Assembly (NCBI GenBank): GCA_036262835.1
Contig: DATAID010000105.1
Location: 35,303 to 99,302 of the forward strand
Direction: 5' to 3'
Source of the DNA: Burkholderiales bacterium
GTDB lineage: Bacteria > Pseudomonadota > Gammaproteobacteria > Burkholderiales > SG8-39
Length of the DNA stretch: 64,000 nt
Position 1 is the first letter of the stretch. Each line of letters starts with the position of its first letter. Made by a program: the position numbers and the translations under genes. The notes beneath the pieces are model-generated. The model saw only the letters and a list, made by a program, of their open reading frames with translations. It had not been told where the DNA came from and searched no databases. Below, one piece after another: positions 12,098 through 23,100 of this stretch.

Positions 12098-13069
12098 CTA
12101 GGGAACGGCCTTGGCCTTGAGGATGCCGGCCTTCGCGAGCGGGGCCTGCGGGTTGTTCGCGAGCAGGAACTTCATCGGGTTCTGCGCCGCGCCCCGGAAG
12201 CGCACTTCGAAATGCAGGTGCGGCCCGGTGGAGCGGCCGGTCGTGCCGCTCTCGGCGATGCGCCGCCCGCGCTGAATCAGGTCGCCCTCCCTCACCAGAA
12301 CCTTGGAGAGGTGCGCATAGCGCGTCACGAGATCGTTGCCGTGGTCGATGTCGATCATGTTGCCGTACTGCGGATGAAAGCCCGCGAACTGGACGACGCC
12401 CCCGGCGGCGGCGACCACGGACGTGCCGGCGTCGGCCATGAAGTCGATGCCCTCGTGCATCGCCTGCTGGCCCGTGAAGGGATCGATGCGGTAGCCGAAG
12501 CTCGAGGCGTTGTAGGGGCTGTTCACCGGCATCATCGTCGGCATCGCCTTCTTCCTGACCGCCATCTCGAAGAGCTGCGCCTCGAGCAGGCCCAGCATGT
12601 CGCTGCGGCTTTCCATCTGCCGCGAGAGCGTGGTCACTTTTTCGTTGAACTGCGAGAGCGTCAGGTTCTGCGGCGGCAGCAGGGTCGATTGCGCGCCGCC
12701 CATCCCGGGCGTCTCGGAAAAGCGGAATTCCTGGGGGCGGATCCCGGCGAGCGCGGAAAGCCGCTCGCCCAGCGCGTCGAGGCGCGTGAGCTGCGCCTGC
12801 ATCTCGCCGATCTTCACCGCCATCGCGTTCAGGTTCTGCTGCATGAACTCGCGCGAGCGCTCCGATTCGGTCTTCTGCACGGCGAGCACCAGCTGGTGCA
12901 CGAGCGGAATGCGGATTTCGGCGGCATAGCGCAGGCTGAGCCAATACAGGCCCGCCGTCAGGGCGACGAGGACGAGGCTCGCGAGCCCGAGCGAGGCAAC
13001 GACATGGCGCAGCGACAGCGTCAGCGAGCGCGCCTTTGCCAGCCGGTCCGAGATCACGATAACCTGCAC
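12098..13069 (-). CDS. M23-family (LytM-type) metallopeptidase with N-terminal membrane anchor and coiled coil
   Basis: HEGIDF...DHGNDLVTRYAHL...GPHLHFEV zinc motifs. TM segment LGLASLVLVALTAGLYWL. Confidence 0.85.
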   Translation of the reverse strand: MQVIVISDRLAKARSLTLSLRHVVASLGLASLVLVALTAGLYWLSLRYAAEIRIPLVHQLVLAVQKTESERSREFMQQNLNAMAVKIGEMQAQLTRLDALGERLSALAGIRPQEFRFSETPGMGGAQSTLLPPQNLTLSQFNEKVTTLSRQMESRSDMLGLLEAQLFEMAVRKKAMPTMMPVNSPYNASSFGYRIDPFTGQQAMHEGIDFMADAGTSVVAAAGGVVQFAGFHPQYGNMIDIDHGNDLVTRYAHLSKVLVREGDLIQRGRRIAESGTTGRSTGPHLHFEVRFRGAAQNPMKFLLANNPQAPLAKAGILKAKAVP

Positions 13070-13092
13070 GCCGTCTCCTCTACACGGTACCC

Positions 13093-13530
13093 GTGCACCC
13101 CACCAAAGTCGGCCGCCTCCTGGAGTCCGACCCCGGCTTGCAGCCTGTTGTCGCGAAAGCGCGCGAACTGTCTGCGCTTTCCAGGCTTTGTTTGGACTTT
13201 CTGCCGGCTGAGCTCGCCCGCAGGATCCGGGCGGTGAATCTCAAGGACGGCCGGCTGGTGTTGCTTGCCGCGACCCCTGCCGCGGCGGCGAAGCTGAAGC
13301 TCCTGTCTGAAAGCCTTGGTAAATATCTGTCAGAGCAGGGCGCAAAGGTTAATTCAGTTCTGGTGAGGGTGCAACCCGGAAATCCGGGCGTGCAAGAAGT
13401 CACATCCAGGCCCCGCAAGAACCTTTCCGCCGAGGCGCAAAAGGCCTTGCGCGAGCTCTACGAGAAGCTACCGGACTCGCCGGCGCGCGCGGCGTTGAAA
13501 ACCCTGCTCGATCATCACCTTAAGCGCTAG
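13093..13530 (+). CDS. DUF721 (DciA-like) protein
   Basis: 145 aa. The pattern [35 protein letters not shown] fits my recollection of DUF721. The position between the M23 peptidase and lpxC is a common proteobacterial arrangement. GTG start. Confidence 0.55.
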   Translation: MHPTKVGRLLESDPGLQPVVAKARELSALSRLCLDFLPAELARRIRAVNLKDGRLVLLAATPAAAAKLKLLSESLGKYLSEQGAKVNSVLVRVQPGNPGVQEVTSRPRKNLSAEAQKALRELYEKLPDSPARAALKTLLDHHLKR

Positions 13531-14437
13531 CCTGGCGGAGCAGGCCGGCGACGCCTGCGGGCGCCTCCTCCGCGCGCTCGAACGTTACCACTTCGCAGGC
13601 GGCGGCATCGGCGAGCAGCTCGCGCAAAAGACGGTTGTTGAGCGTATGGCCGGACTTGTGCGCGCTGAAAGCGGCGAGCAGCGGCTTGCCGATCATGTAC
13701 AGGTCGCCGATCGCATCGAGCGCCTTGTGGCGGATGAATTCGTCGGCGAAGCGCAGGCCCTCGCTGTTCAGCACCCGGTATTCGTCGAGCACGACCGCGT
13801 TCTCGAGGCCGCCGCCGAGCGCGAGGCCGACGTTGCGCAAATCCTCGACGTCGTGCATGAAGCCGTAGGTGCGCGCGCGCGCGACTTCCTTCAGATAGGA
13901 CGTCTCGGCGAAGTCGACGGTGAGCGCGGTGTTCGATTTCTCGATCACGGGGTGGTCGTAGACGATCGAGAACGAAAGCTTGAAGCCCTCATAGGGCTCG
14001 AGCACCGCCCACTTGTCGCCGTCGCGCGCCTCGATCCTCTTTTTCAGGCGCAGAAAGCGCTTGGGCGCGCCCTGCTCCTCGATGCCGGCCTGCTGCAGCA
14101 GGAGCACGAAGGGCGCGGCGCTGCCGTCCATGATCGGCACCTCGGGTCCGTCCAGGTCCACATAGGCGTTGTCGATGCCCAGGCCGGCGAGCGCCGACAT
14201 CAGGTGCTCGACGGTGTGGATCTTCACCTCGCCTTTCACAAGGCACGAGCACAAGCGCGTCTCACCGACCAGGTCGGCGCGCGCGGGCAGGTCGACGGGC
14301 GGAGCGAGATCGGTGCGGCGGAACATGATCCCGGTATCGGGCTGCGCCGGCCGCAGCGTGATGCGCACTTTCTGGCCGGTGTGCAGGCCCACGCCGGTGG
14401 CGTGCACGAGCGACTTGAGCGTTCTCTGGCGCAGCAT
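13520..14437 (-). CDS. lpxC: UDP-3-O-acyl-N-acetylglucosamine deacetylase
   Basis: [34 protein letters not shown], and the HKALD...GD motifs. Confidence 0.95.
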   Translation of the reverse strand: MLRQRTLKSLVHATGVGLHTGQKVRITLRPAQPDTGIMFRRTDLAPPVDLPARADLVGETRLCSCLVKGEVKIHTVEHLMSALAGLGIDNAYVDLDGPEVPIMDGSAAPFVLLLQQAGIEEQGAPKRFLRLKKRIEARDGDKWAVLEPYEGFKLSFSIVYDHPVIEKSNTALTVDFAETSYLKEVARARTYGFMHDVEDLRNVGLALGGGLENAVVLDEYRVLNSEGLRFADEFIRHKALDAIGDLYMIGKPLLAAFSAHKSGHTLNNRLLRELLADAAACEVVTFERAEEAPAGVAGLLRQASA

Positions 14438-14507
14438 GGAGAACGTGATTTTAGAGGAGAACCCGCGATCCGCCTTGCGCGAGCTGTAACGAGATGTTCC
14501 GGCCAGA

Positions 14508-15452
14508 CTATGCCGCGCGGCGCGGCGGCAGCGTCATCTCCGGGTCGTAGAAGCGGTGCGTGCCGCCCCCCTGCTGTTTCGCGAGGTACATCGCGAGATC
14601 GGCGAGCTTGAGCAGGCTTTCGGCGTCCTCGGCGTCCCAGGGGTAAATCGCGATGCCGACGCTCGCCGAGGCGGCCAGTCGGTGGCCCTCGATCTCGGTC
14701 GGCCGCTCGAGCGCCGCAGCCAGCTTGCGCGCCACGAGCTGCGCATCCTCGACGCGCTTCAGCATCGGCAGGATCGCGCCGAATTCGTCGCCGCCAATTC
14801 GGGCCACCGTATCGCCCGAGCGCACCGCCGCGGTGAGGCATTTGCCGATGCGGGCGAGCAGCCCGTCGCCGGTGGCGTGGCCATGGCGGTCGTTGACGGC
14901 CTTGAAATCGTCCAGGTCGACGTACATGACGCCCACGCGCCAGTCGCAGCGCCGTGCCGTGGCGAGCGCGACCCGCAGCCGGTCCTCGAACAGGTGCCGG
15001 TTCGGCAACCCGGTCAGCGCGTCGTAGTGCGCGAGCCGGCGCAGGCGCTCTTCGTCGCGGCGCTGCGCGCGGCGCGACTCGGCCCGGCGCAGCGCGCGAT
15101 CGAGCGCGCCAGGCAGGCGCAGCAGATTGTTCTTGAGGACGTAATCGGTCGCGCCGTCGTGCAGGGCGCGGATCGCGTTTTCCTCGCCGATCGTTCCGGA
15201 CACGAAGATGAACGGCACCTCGGGCGCGAGCTCGCGCGCAATACCGAGGGCCCTCAGCCCATCGAAGGCCGGCATCGAGAAATCCGAAAGAATGACCTGA
15301 GGTGCGAAGCGCGCGAGCTCGGCCCGGAACGCCGCCTCGGTTTGCACCCGCTCGCACTCGCAGCTAACGCCGGCGTGCTCGAGCATGCGCAACGCAAGAC
15401 CCGCGTCGGCTTCGGAATCTTCGACCAGCAACAGCCTGAGTTTTTGCGTCAC
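14508..15452 (-). CDS. Response-regulator receiver + GGDEF diguanylate cyclase (WspR/PleD-like)
   Basis: REC landmarks [17 protein letters not shown] (phospho-Asp) and DYVLK. Coiled linker. GGDEF domain with an intact GGDEF motif and an RxxD I-site (RSGD) 5 residues upstream. Confidence 0.85.
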   Translation of the reverse strand: MTQKLRLLLVEDSEADAGLALRMLEHAGVSCECERVQTEAAFRAELARFAPQVILSDFSMPAFDGLRALGIARELAPEVPFIFVSGTIGEENAIRALHDGATDYVLKNNLLRLPGALDRALRRAESRRAQRRDEERLRRLAHYDALTGLPNRHLFEDRLRVALATARRCDWRVGVMYVDLDDFKAVNDRHGHATGDGLLARIGKCLTAAVRSGDTVARIGGDEFGAILPMLKRVEDAQLVARKLAAALERPTEIEGHRLAASASVGIAIYPWDAEDAESLLKLADLAMYLAKQQGGGTHRFYDPEMTLPPRRAA

Positions 15453-15592
15453 GCAAAAACGCTAACTGCGTTCTGCGCGGTCTGTCTCGACGATATGAAG
15501 GCTTTTGTGAAGAACTGCAAATCTGCGAGGGGTACGTCATCTTTTGCACTACACCCGCCGATCCAGCACGCACTACACAACAGAATGGAAAG

Positions 15593-15628
15593 GCGGGACC
15601 CCTGGCAAGGACGGGGTCCCGCTTTTCT
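15593..15628. terminator. Intrinsic-terminator-like hairpin just downstream of ftsZ (potentially bidirectional)
   Basis: GCGGGACCCC (15593-15602), 10-nt loop, GGGGTCCCGC (15613-15622). TTTT follows on the + strand. An A-tract precedes it and CTTTCCATT follows on the - strand, 14 nt after the ftsZ stop. Confidence 0.55.
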
Positions 15629-15635
15629 GTCGGCG

Positions 15636-16820
15636 TCAGTCCGCCTGTTTGCGCAGAAACGCCGGAATGTCGTACTTGTCGACGCCGCTGTTGGCCAGCG
15701 CTTCCACCTGCGCGGCGCGGTCGCGGCGACGGAACACCGCCGGCGTTTCCGCCATCGCGCCGTAATCGGGCGCCGCCCCCGGCATCGCTGCGGAAGAAAA
15801 CGCCGGCTGATTGTCCGTGCCCGTCTTCTGCGACACCACGAGCTGCGGCTTCGGCTGGCGCACCATCATCGGCTGGCCGAGGCCGGTCGCGATCACCGTC
15901 ACGCGCAGCTCGTCGCCCAGCGTGTCGTCGAACACCCCGCCATGGATGATGGTGGCGTCCTCCGCGGCGAACGCCCGGATCGTGTTCATCACTTCCTTCG
16001 TCTCGCGCAGCTTGAGGCTCTGGCGCGAGGCCGTGATGTTGACGAGCACGCCGCGGGCGCCCGAGAGGTTGACGCCCTCGAGCAGCGGGCAGGCGATCGC
16101 CTGCTCGGCGGCGACCCGCGCGCGGTCGATGCCGCTCGCGGCTGCGGAGCCCATCATCGCCATGCCCTGCTCGCTCATGACGGTGCGCACGTCCTGGAAG
16201 TCGACGTTGACCACGCCATCGCGATGGATGATGTCGACGATGCCGCCGACCGCATTGCACAGCACGTCGTCGGCCGCGACGAACGCATCCTGCTGCGTGA
16301 CGTCGTCGCCGAGCACTTCCTCGAGCTTGTCGTTGAGGATCACGATGAGCGAATCGACGTGCGGCGCAAGCTCCTCGATGCCCGCCTCGGCGTTCTTCAT
16401 GCGCTTGGAGCCTTCCCAGGTGAAGGGCTTGGTCACCACCGCCACCGTAAGCACCCCGAGCGAGCGGGCGACTTCCGCGATCACCGGCCCGGCGCCCGTC
16501 CCCGTTCCGCCGCCCATGCCGGCGGTGATGAACACCATGTGCGCGCCCGCGATGGCCTCCTCCAGGCGCTCGCGCTCGGCCAGGGCGGCGGTTCTCGCCT
16601 CCTCCGGCTTGGCGCCCGCGCCCAGCCCGCTCGTGCCGAGCTGGATCTGGTTCTTCGCCTTGTTGCGCGAGAGCACCTGCGCGTCGGTGTTGACCGCGAA
16701 GAACTCCACCTTCTCGACGCCGCGCTCGATCATGTGATCGATCGCGTTGCCGCCCGCCCCACCCACGCCGATCACCTTGATGACCGGCCCCGCCGTGCTT
16801 TCGTTCACGATCTCGAACAT
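15636..16820 (-). CDS. ftsZ: Cell division GTPase FtsZ
   Basis: GVGGAGGNA and GGGTGTGA tubulin signature. C-terminal DIPAFLRKQAD peptide. Confidence 0.97.
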   Translation of the reverse strand: MFEIVNESTAGPVIKVIGVGGAGGNAIDHMIERGVEKVEFFAVNTDAQVLSRNKAKNQIQLGTSGLGAGAKPEEARTAALAERERLEEAIAGAHMVFITAGMGGGTGTGAGPVIAEVARSLGVLTVAVVTKPFTWEGSKRMKNAEAGIEELAPHVDSLIVILNDKLEEVLGDDVTQQDAFVAADDVLCNAVGGIVDIIHRDGVVNVDFQDVRTVMSEQGMAMMGSAAASGIDRARVAAEQAIACPLLEGVNLSGARGVLVNITASRQSLKLRETKEVMNTIRAFAAEDATIIHGGVFDDTLGDELRVTVIATGLGQPMMVRQPKPQLVVSQKTGTDNQPAFSSAAMPGAAPDYGAMAETPAVFRRRDRAAQVEALANSGVDKYDIPAFLRKQAD

Positions 16821-16866
16821 AGGTTTTTTCTCCTTGCCAGTGTTGGAACCAAAAACTCCTCCGAAA

Positions 16867-18096
16867 TCAGAAATTCCTCTGGAACCAGTCGCGCATGCGG
16901 CCGAACACCGCGCGCACCGACCCGTTCTGCTGGGAAACGCGCCCCTGCTGCAGCTGCGCCACCCCCTCGAAAAGAAGCCCCATCGCGGTGGCGTAGCGCG
17001 GGCTTTTCACCACGTCCGCGAGACCGCCCGCATAGCGCGGCACGCCAATGCGCACGGGCATGTGGAAGATCTCTTCGCCCAGCTCGACCATGCCCTGCAT
17101 GACGGCGGAGCCGCCGGTGAGCACGACGCCCGAGGAAAGCAGCTCCTCGTGGCCCGACTCGCGCAGCACCTGCTGCACGAGCGAGAAGAGCTCCTCGGCG
17201 CGGGGCTCGATCACCTCGGCGAGCGTCTGGCGCGAGAGCGCGCGCGGCGGCCGGTCGCCGATGCCGGGGACCTCGATCATCTCGTTCGGATCGGCGAGCT
17301 GGCGCAGCGCCACGCCGTGGCGGATCTTGATCGTCTCGGCCTCGGGCGTGGGCGTGCGCAGCGCCATGGCGATGTCGTTCGTGATCTGGTCGCCGGCGAT
17401 CGGAATCACCGCGGTGTGGCGGATCGCGCCGTGCGTGAAGATCGCGAGGTCGGTGGTGCCGCCGCCGATGTCGACGAGGCACACGCCGAGGTCCTTCTCG
17501 TCCTCCGAGAGCACCGCGCGCGAGGAGGCGAGCGGCTGCAGGATGAGGTCGTTCACATCCAGCCCGCAGCGGCGCACGCACTTCACGATGTTCTGCGCCG
17601 CCGAGACGGCGCCGGTGACGATGTGCACCTTCACCTCCAGGCGCACGCCCGACATGCCGACCGGCTCGCGCACGTCCTCCTGCCCGTCGATGATGAATTC
17701 CTGGCGCAGCACGTGCAGGATCTGCTGGTCGGTGGGGATGTTCACCGCGCGCGCGGTCTCCATCGCGCGCTCGACGTCGATCGCGCTCACCTCCTTGTCC
17801 TTCACCGCCACCATGCCGGTTGAATTGAAGCTGCGGATGTGGCTGCCGGCGATGCCGGTGAAGGCCGAGGCGATCTTGCAGTCGGCCATGAGCTCGGCTT
17901 CCTCGAGCGCGCGCTGGATCGCCGCGACCGTGGCCTCGATGTTGACCACCACGCCTTTCTTCAGGCCGCGCGAGTCGTGGTTGCCCATGCCGAGCACTTC
18001 CAGGGTGCCGTCGGGGCCGAGCTCGGCCACCAGCGCTGCCACCTTGGAGGTGCCGATGTCCAGGCCGACGACCAGGTTGCGATTTTCTTTTGGCAT
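16867..18096 (-). CDS. ftsA: Cell division protein FtsA
   Basis: Actin-like ATPase with VGLDIGTSKV and DIGGGTTD motifs, 409 aa, in dcw context. Confidence 0.95.
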   Translation of the reverse strand: MPKENRNLVVGLDIGTSKVAALVAELGPDGTLEVLGMGNHDSRGLKKGVVVNIEATVAAIQRALEEAELMADCKIASAFTGIAGSHIRSFNSTGMVAVKDKEVSAIDVERAMETARAVNIPTDQQILHVLRQEFIIDGQEDVREPVGMSGVRLEVKVHIVTGAVSAAQNIVKCVRRCGLDVNDLILQPLASSRAVLSEDEKDLGVCLVDIGGGTTDLAIFTHGAIRHTAVIPIAGDQITNDIAMALRTPTPEAETIKIRHGVALRQLADPNEMIEVPGIGDRPPRALSRQTLAEVIEPRAEELFSLVQQVLRESGHEELLSSGVVLTGGSAVMQGMVELGEEIFHMPVRIGVPRYAGGLADVVKSPRYATAMGLLFEGVAQLQQGRVSQQNGSVRAVFGRMRDWFQRNF

Positions 18097-18101
18097 CCGG
18101 A

Positions 18102-18824
18102 TCAGCCCTTCCAGCCGGCGACGCGCAGCGCGAAGCCGTTCGGGTAGCGCAGGTCGACATGCGGGAACGAGGCGGCATCGCGCCTGGCGAGCCGCCCCAG
18201 CGTCTCGGGGAAAACGGCGACGAAGCGCGCAAGGCGCTGCTCGACCGACTCGGTGCCGTCCCGGCCCAGCTCGAGCGTGAGCCCGCTCGCGAGGCGCAAC
18301 TGCCAGGCGTGGCGCGGCGTCAGGACCACGCGCTCGACCGACTCGCCAAGCGGCGCGAGGATCTCGACGAAGCGCCGGTAGCGCCCGGCGACGAGCGCCT
18401 CGCTTCCGGCCGGACCGGCAAGGAAGGGCAGCGCTTCCTCGTTTCGGCCGACGAAGCGCTCCCCGTGCGTGTTGACGAGCGCATCGTCGCCCCAGCGCGC
18501 GAGCGCGACGTGCTCCTCGATTTTCGCCTCGACCCGGTCGGGCCAGACGCGGCGCACGTCGACATGCCTCACCCAGGGCACCTGCTCGAAGCGCCCGCGC
18601 ACCGCGCGCAGGTCGAGGGCGAAGAAGTTGCCGCCCAGGCCCGCCGCCGCGTGCTCCAGGTCCGCGCGCAACGCATGCTTCAGCGCGCCCTGCACTTCGA
18701 CTTCGCGGACGGGAAAAAGCGGCGAGCGCACGAGCGTTTGCAGCGCGGCCGCCCCGAGAATCGCCAGCGCGACCGCGAACAGGACGTTCGCCGCAAGATT
18801 CAACAGGCGCGGGTTATCCCACAT
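18102..18824 (-). CDS. ftsQ: Cell division protein FtsQ
   Basis: N-terminal TM segment [22 protein letters not shown] followed by a POTRA-like VREVEVQG region. Lies between ddl and ftsA. Confidence 0.85.
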   Translation of the reverse strand: MWDNPRLLNLAANVLFAVALAILGAAALQTLVRSPLFPVREVEVQGALKHALRADLEHAAAGLGGNFFALDLRAVRGRFEQVPWVRHVDVRRVWPDRVEAKIEEHVALARWGDDALVNTHGERFVGRNEEALPFLAGPAGSEALVAGRYRRFVEILAPLGESVERVVLTPRHAWQLRLASGLTLELGRDGTESVEQRLARFVAVFPETLGRLARRDAASFPHVDLRYPNGFALRVAGWKG

Positions 18825-19734
18825 GGGCTCCCTCCAGGATCTTCACGCAGAGGTCCTCGTAGGAAATTCCAACCGCGCGCGCCGCCATCGGCACGAGGCT
18901 GTGCCCCGTCATTCCGGGGGCGGTGTTCACTTCCAGGAGCCACGGCGCGCCGGCCGCATCGAGCATCAAATCGACCCGGCCCCAGCCGGTGCAGCCGAGC
19001 GCCTTGAAGGAATCGAGCGCAAGGCGCTTTAGCGTTTCCTCCCTCGGCTCGGGCAGCCCGCAGGGACAGACGTACTTCGTGTCGTCGGTGAAGTACTTGT
19101 TCTGGTAGTCGTAGTTGCCTTTGGGCGCATCGATGCGGATGAGGGGCAGCGGCCGGTCGGCCACCACGCTCGCGGTGTATTCGGGCCCCTCGATGCACTT
19201 TTCGGCGATGACCGCACTGTTGCAGTTCACCGCGAGCGCATAGGCCTCGTCGAGGTCGCCGGCCGCCTGCACTTTGCTCACTCCGATCGAGGAGCCCTCG
19301 AGCACGGGCTTCACCACGATCGGCAGCCCAAGTCTTTTCGCGACCGCCTGCATGTCGCTGCCGCTCTCGAGCATTTCGTAATCGGGCGTTGGCAAGCCGC
19401 GCGCCTTCCAGACGAGCTTGGCCCGCTCCTTGTCCATCGCGAGCGCCGAGCCGAGCACGCCGCTGCCCGTGTAGGGAATGCCGAGAAACTCGAGCGCCCC
19501 CTGCAGGCTGCCGTCCTCGCCGCCGCGGCCGTGCAAGGCGATGAAGCAGCGCGCGAAGCGGTCGCGCTTGAGCTCCGCCAGGTCGCGCTCGGCCGGATCG
19601 AAGGCGTGCGCATCGACGCCCTTGGAGCGAAGCGCCTTCAGCACGCCCGTGCCGCTCATGATCGAAATCTCGCGCTCGGCCGATTTGCCGCCAAAGAGCA
19701 CCGCCACCTTGCCGAAGCCGGCGGCGCGGCTCAT
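18814..19734 (-). CDS. ddl: D-alanine--D-alanine ligase
   Basis: Starts [31 protein letters not shown] 19734 forms an ATGA overlap with the murB stop. The longer ORF start at 19821 was rejected. Confidence 0.9.
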   Translation of the reverse strand: MSRAAGFGKVAVLFGGKSAEREISIMSGTGVLKALRSKGVDAHAFDPAERDLAELKRDRFARCFIALHGRGGEDGSLQGALEFLGIPYTGSGVLGSALAMDKERAKLVWKARGLPTPDYEMLESGSDMQAVAKRLGLPIVVKPVLEGSSIGVSKVQAAGDLDEAYALAVNCNSAVIAEKCIEGPEYTASVVADRPLPLIRIDAPKGNYDYQNKYFTDDTKYVCPCGLPEPREETLKRLALDSFKALGCTGWGRVDLMLDAAGAPWLLEVNTAPGMTGHSLVPMAARAVGISYEDLCVKILEGAHVG

Positions 19735-20660
19735 GCGGCCTCTCCCACGATCTTCACTTCGAGCACGAGCTCGACGCGCGTCTCTTCCTTCACTTTCTCC
19801 TGGATGTGCAGGATCAGCCACTCGATGTCGGCCGCGCTGCCGGCGCCCTTGGGGTTGACGATGAAGTTGGCGTGCTTGTCCGACACCTTCGCCCCGCCGC
19901 GCTCGAGGCCCTTCAGGCCGCAGAACTGGATGAGGCGCGCCGCCGGCCGGCCCTCGGGCGGGTTGCGGAACACGCTGCCCGCGTTCGGGAGCTGCAGCGG
20001 CTGGGCCTCGATGCGCTTCTTGAGCAGCGACTTGATGATCTCGCGCGACTCCTCGGTGTCACCCTCGGGCAGCTTGAAATGCGCGGCCGCGAACCACATC
20101 TCCTCGCCGCTCGCGTTTGCGTCGGACTTCAGCTCGCAGTGCCGGTAGGCGATCTCGAAGTCCGACTTGGGATGGCTGCGCAGCTCGCCCAGCCGGTCGA
20201 TGGTGGTCACGCGCTCGACCAGGTCCCAGGTCTCCCCGCCGTAGCAGCCCGCGTTCATCGCGAGTGCGCCGCCGACCGTGCCCGGAATGCCGGACAGGAA
20301 TTCGGCGGAGCCGAGGCTTTGCATCGCCGCGAAGCGCGCCACCTTGGGACAGGCGACGCCCGCCTCGGCGTAGACGAGCCCGTCCTTGAGCTCCGGATGC
20401 TTGGCGGCGCGGTGCGTAAGCACGACCGTGCCCGGCCAGCCGCCCTCGCGCACGAGGAGGTTCGAGCCCAGGCCGACGAAGAGGATCGGCTCCTCGCGCG
20501 GCAGCTGGTTCAGGAAATTCGAGAGGTCGTCCAAGTCGGCCGGGACGTAGAAGCGGCGCGCGGGGCCGCCCGCGCGCCAGCTCACGTGCCGCGCCATCGG
20601 CTCGTTTTCCCTCATCTCGCCGCGCAGTCCCTGGAATCGCACCGTGTCTGCCATGTTCAT
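19731..20660 (-). CDS. murB: UDP-N-acetylenolpyruvoylglucosamine reductase
   Basis: Starts MNMADTV..., with the FAD-binding region [11 protein letters not shown] and C-terminus GSVFRNP...GGAKVS. ATG 20660 forms an ATGA overlap with the murC stop. The remaining 5' part of the 801-aa track ORF is an out-of-frame read of murC. Confidence 0.9.
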   Translation of the reverse strand: MNMADTVRFQGLRGEMRENEPMARHVSWRAGGPARRFYVPADLDDLSNFLNQLPREEPILFVGLGSNLLVREGGWPGTVVLTHRAAKHPELKDGLVYAEAGVACPKVARFAAMQSLGSAEFLSGIPGTVGGALAMNAGCYGGETWDLVERVTTIDRLGELRSHPKSDFEIAYRHCELKSDANASGEEMWFAAAHFKLPEGDTEESREIIKSLLKKRIEAQPLQLPNAGSVFRNPPEGRPAARLIQFCGLKGLERGGAKVSDKHANFIVNPKGAGSAADIEWLILHIQEKVKEETRVELVLEVKIVGEAA

Positions 20661-22030
20661 GTCAGCTGGGCCGCGACGTTGCCGATCGAGCCCGCCCCCA
20701 TGGTGAGCACGACGTCGCCCGCGCGCGCCAGGCGGCGGATCGCCTCGGGCATGCCGCCGATGTCCTCGACGAACACCGTGTCCGCCTTGCCCGCCCCGCG
20801 GACCGCGCCCATCAGCGTGCGGCCGTCCACGCCCGCGATCGGCGGCTCGCCCGCCGCGTAGACGTCGGCGAGCACGACCGCGTCGGCCGAGGCGATCACG
20901 CGCACGAAGTCCTCGAACAGGTCGCGCGTACGGGTGTACCTGTGCGGCTGGAACGCGAGCACGAGGCGCCGGCCCGGAAAGGCGCCTCGCGCGGCCGCGA
21001 TCGTCGCCGCCATCTCGGCCGGGTGATGGCCGTAGTCGTCGATGAGCGTGTAATGGCCGCCGCCGAGCGCGATGTCGCCCACGTGCTGGAAGCGGCGCGC
21101 GACGCCCCGGAACTCGGCCAGCGCCTTGAGGATCGCGGGCTGCGGCACGCCGATCTCCAGCCCCACGGCAATGGCGGCAAGCGAGTTGAGCACGTTGTGA
21201 TGGCCCGGCAGGTTGAGCGTCACCTCGACCGGCTTCGCCTCGCCGCGGCGCAGCCGATAGCGCATGCGGCCGGCGCGGTGCTCGATATTCTCGGCGCGCA
21301 AGGCCGCGTCGCCCGCCACACCGTAGGTCACCGTGGGCTTGGCGACCTTGGGCAGGATCTCGCGCACCTGCGGGTCGTCGATGCAGAGCACGGCCGAGCC
21401 GTAGAACGGCAGGTTGTCGAGGAAGTCGACGAACGCCTGGCGCAGCCGCCCGAGATCGTGCCGGTAGGTCTCCATGTGATCGGCGTCGATGTTCGTGACC
21501 ACCGCCATCACCGGCTGCAGGTGCAGAAAGCTCGCGTCGGACTCGTCGGCCTCGACCACGATGAAGTCGCCCGCGCCGAGGCGCGCGTGCGAGCCGGCCG
21601 CGTTCAGCCGCCCGCCGATCACGAAGGTCGGGTCGAGGCCGCCCTCGGCAAGGACGCTCGCGACGAGGCTCGTCGTGGTGGTCTTGCCGTGCGTGCCCGC
21701 GATCGCGATGCCCTGCTTCAGGCGCATGAGCTCGGCGAGCATGAGCGCGCGCGGCACCACGGGAATCTTGTATTCGCGCGCCGCGCGGACCTCGGGGTTG
21801 TCGTTTTGCACCGCGGTCGACACCACCACCGCGTCGGCGCCCGCGACATGGTCGGGCTTGTGGCCCGCGAAGATCTCGGCGCCCATTGCCGCGAGCCGCT
21901 GCGTGGAGGCATTGCGCGCCAGATCGGATCCACTCACCTTGAAGCCGAGGTTGACCAGCACCTCGGCGATGCCGCTCATTCCGGAGCCGCCGATGCCGAC
22001 GAAGTGGATGCGGCGCAGCTTGTGCTTCAC
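20657..22030 (-). CDS. murC: UDP-N-acetylmuramate--L-alanine ligase
   Basis: [20 protein letters not shown] and [10 protein letters not shown] motifs, 457 aa. Confidence 0.95.
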   Translation of the reverse strand: MKHKLRRIHFVGIGGSGMSGIAEVLVNLGFKVSGSDLARNASTQRLAAMGAEIFAGHKPDHVAGADAVVVSTAVQNDNPEVRAAREYKIPVVPRALMLAELMRLKQGIAIAGTHGKTTTTSLVASVLAEGGLDPTFVIGGRLNAAGSHARLGAGDFIVVEADESDASFLHLQPVMAVVTNIDADHMETYRHDLGRLRQAFVDFLDNLPFYGSAVLCIDDPQVREILPKVAKPTVTYGVAGDAALRAENIEHRAGRMRYRLRRGEAKPVEVTLNLPGHHNVLNSLAAIAVGLEIGVPQPAILKALAEFRGVARRFQHVGDIALGGGHYTLIDDYGHHPAEMAATIAAARGAFPGRRLVLAFQPHRYTRTRDLFEDFVRVIASADAVVLADVYAAGEPPIAGVDGRTLMGAVRGAGKADTVFVEDIGGMPEAIRRLARAGDVVLTMGAGSIGNVAAQLT

Positions 22031-23100
22031 GCCCGCCTCCCTTCGACCAGCTCGGCGCAGCGATCCGCAACGGTGCGCGCGGCCTCGGGTTTCCCCATCC
22101 CCCTTGCTTTCTTCGCCATCGCGAGGAGCGCGTCACGGTCGAGGGACCGGAGGAGCGTCGCCAGGCTCTCCGGCGTCAGCCGGTCCTGCGGGAGAAGAAT
22201 GGCGGCCCCGCGATCAGCAAGAAATTTCGCGTTCGCCGTCTGATGATCGTCGACCGCATGCGGATAGGGCACGAGCACGCTTGCCGTGCCGGCGGCCGCG
22301 AGCTCGGCGATCGTCGTTGCGCCTGCCCGGCAGATGACGAGGTCGGCCTCGGCGTAGCGCCGCGCCATGTCGTCGATGAACGCGACGGCCTCCGCTTCGA
22401 CCCCTTCATTCCGATAATTCTTTTGCAAGGATTCGAGATGCTTCTCGCCGGCCTGATGCGTGACCGCGGGACGCTCCGAGGCATCCATCAAGGCAAGGGC
22501 CCGCGGAAGGCACTCGTTCAGCGCCTGCGCGCCAAGGCTGCCGCCGACGACCAGGATTCGCAGCGGTCCGGCCCGGTTTTGGAATCTTTTTTCAGGAACC
22601 TCCAGCAAGGAAATGGCGGCGCGCACGGGATTGCCCGTCCACTCGGCGCCCTTGAGCGCGCCGGGAAACGCCTCGAGCTTGCGATCGGCGAGGCCGGCAA
22701 GGACGCGGTTGACGAGGCCTGCGATCGCGTTCTGCTCGTGCACGGCGAGCGGCCGCGCGAGGAGGGAGGCCATCATGCCGCCGGGAAACGCGACGTAGCC
22801 GCCCATGCCGAGCACCACGTCGGGCCGGACGCGAAAGATCGCGCGCGCCGCCTGCCAGAAGCCGACGAAGAGATGCAGCGGCAGGAAGAGCTTCGCGGCC
22901 AGCCCCTTGCCGCGCAGCGCCACGGCCCGGATCCACTCGACCGGATAGCCCCGCGCGGGAACGAGGCGCGCTTCCAGGCCGCCTCGCGCGCCCATCCAGA
23001 CGACCTTCCAGCCGCGCTCGCGCAGTTCGTCGGCGACCGCGAGCCCCGGAAACACGTGCCCGCCCGTGCCGCCCGCCATGATGAGGATCGTCCCGCTCAT
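22027..23100 (-). CDS. murG: Undecaprenyldiphospho-muramoylpentapeptide beta-N-acetylglucosaminyltransferase
   Basis: Starts [26 protein letters not shown] 23100 forms an ATGA overlap with the ftsW stop. Confidence 0.9.
   Translation of the reverse strand: MSGTILIMAGGTGGHVFPGLAVADELRERGWKVVWMGARGGLEARLVPARGYPVEWIRAVALRGKGLAAKLFLPLHLFVGFWQAARAIFRVRPDVVLGMGGYVAFPGGMMASLLARPLAVHEQNAIAGLVNRVLAGLADRKLEAFPGALKGAEWTGNPVRAAISLLEVPEKRFQNRAGPLRILVVGGSLGAQALNECLPRALALMDASERPAVTHQAGEKHLESLQKNYRNEGVEAEAVAFIDDMARRYAEADLVICRAGATTIAELAAAGTASVLVPYPHAVDDHQTANAKFLADRGAAILLPQDRLTPESLATLLRSLDRDALLAMAKKARGMGKPEAARTVADRCAELVEGRRA

Noticed and set aside
15544-15765. 73-aa + strand ORF in and beyond the ftsZ/GGDEF intergenic region, and the idea of a + strand sRNA ending at the 15593-15628 hairpin (the T-run is on the + strand).
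   Set aside because: The ORF runs antisense into the ftsZ 3' end and has no SD or recognisable features. The hairpin is adequately explained as the ftsZ terminator acting bidirectionally. An sRNA can't be supported without a promoter or conservation data.
19731-22136. Apparent giant fusion ORFs: 801 aa at 19731..22136, 663 aa at 22027..24018, 657 aa at 25647..27620, 746 aa at 26747..28987, 831 aa at 53548..56043, 518 aa at 52757..54313 and 533 aa at 59786..61387.
   Set aside because: Only the C-terminal part of each matches a real family (MurB, MurG, MraY, MurF, CoA-transferase, crotonase, CDF). The N-terminal part is an out-of-frame read of the upstream gene. Internal start codons forming ATGA/GTGA overlaps with the upstream stop give normal-length proteins.
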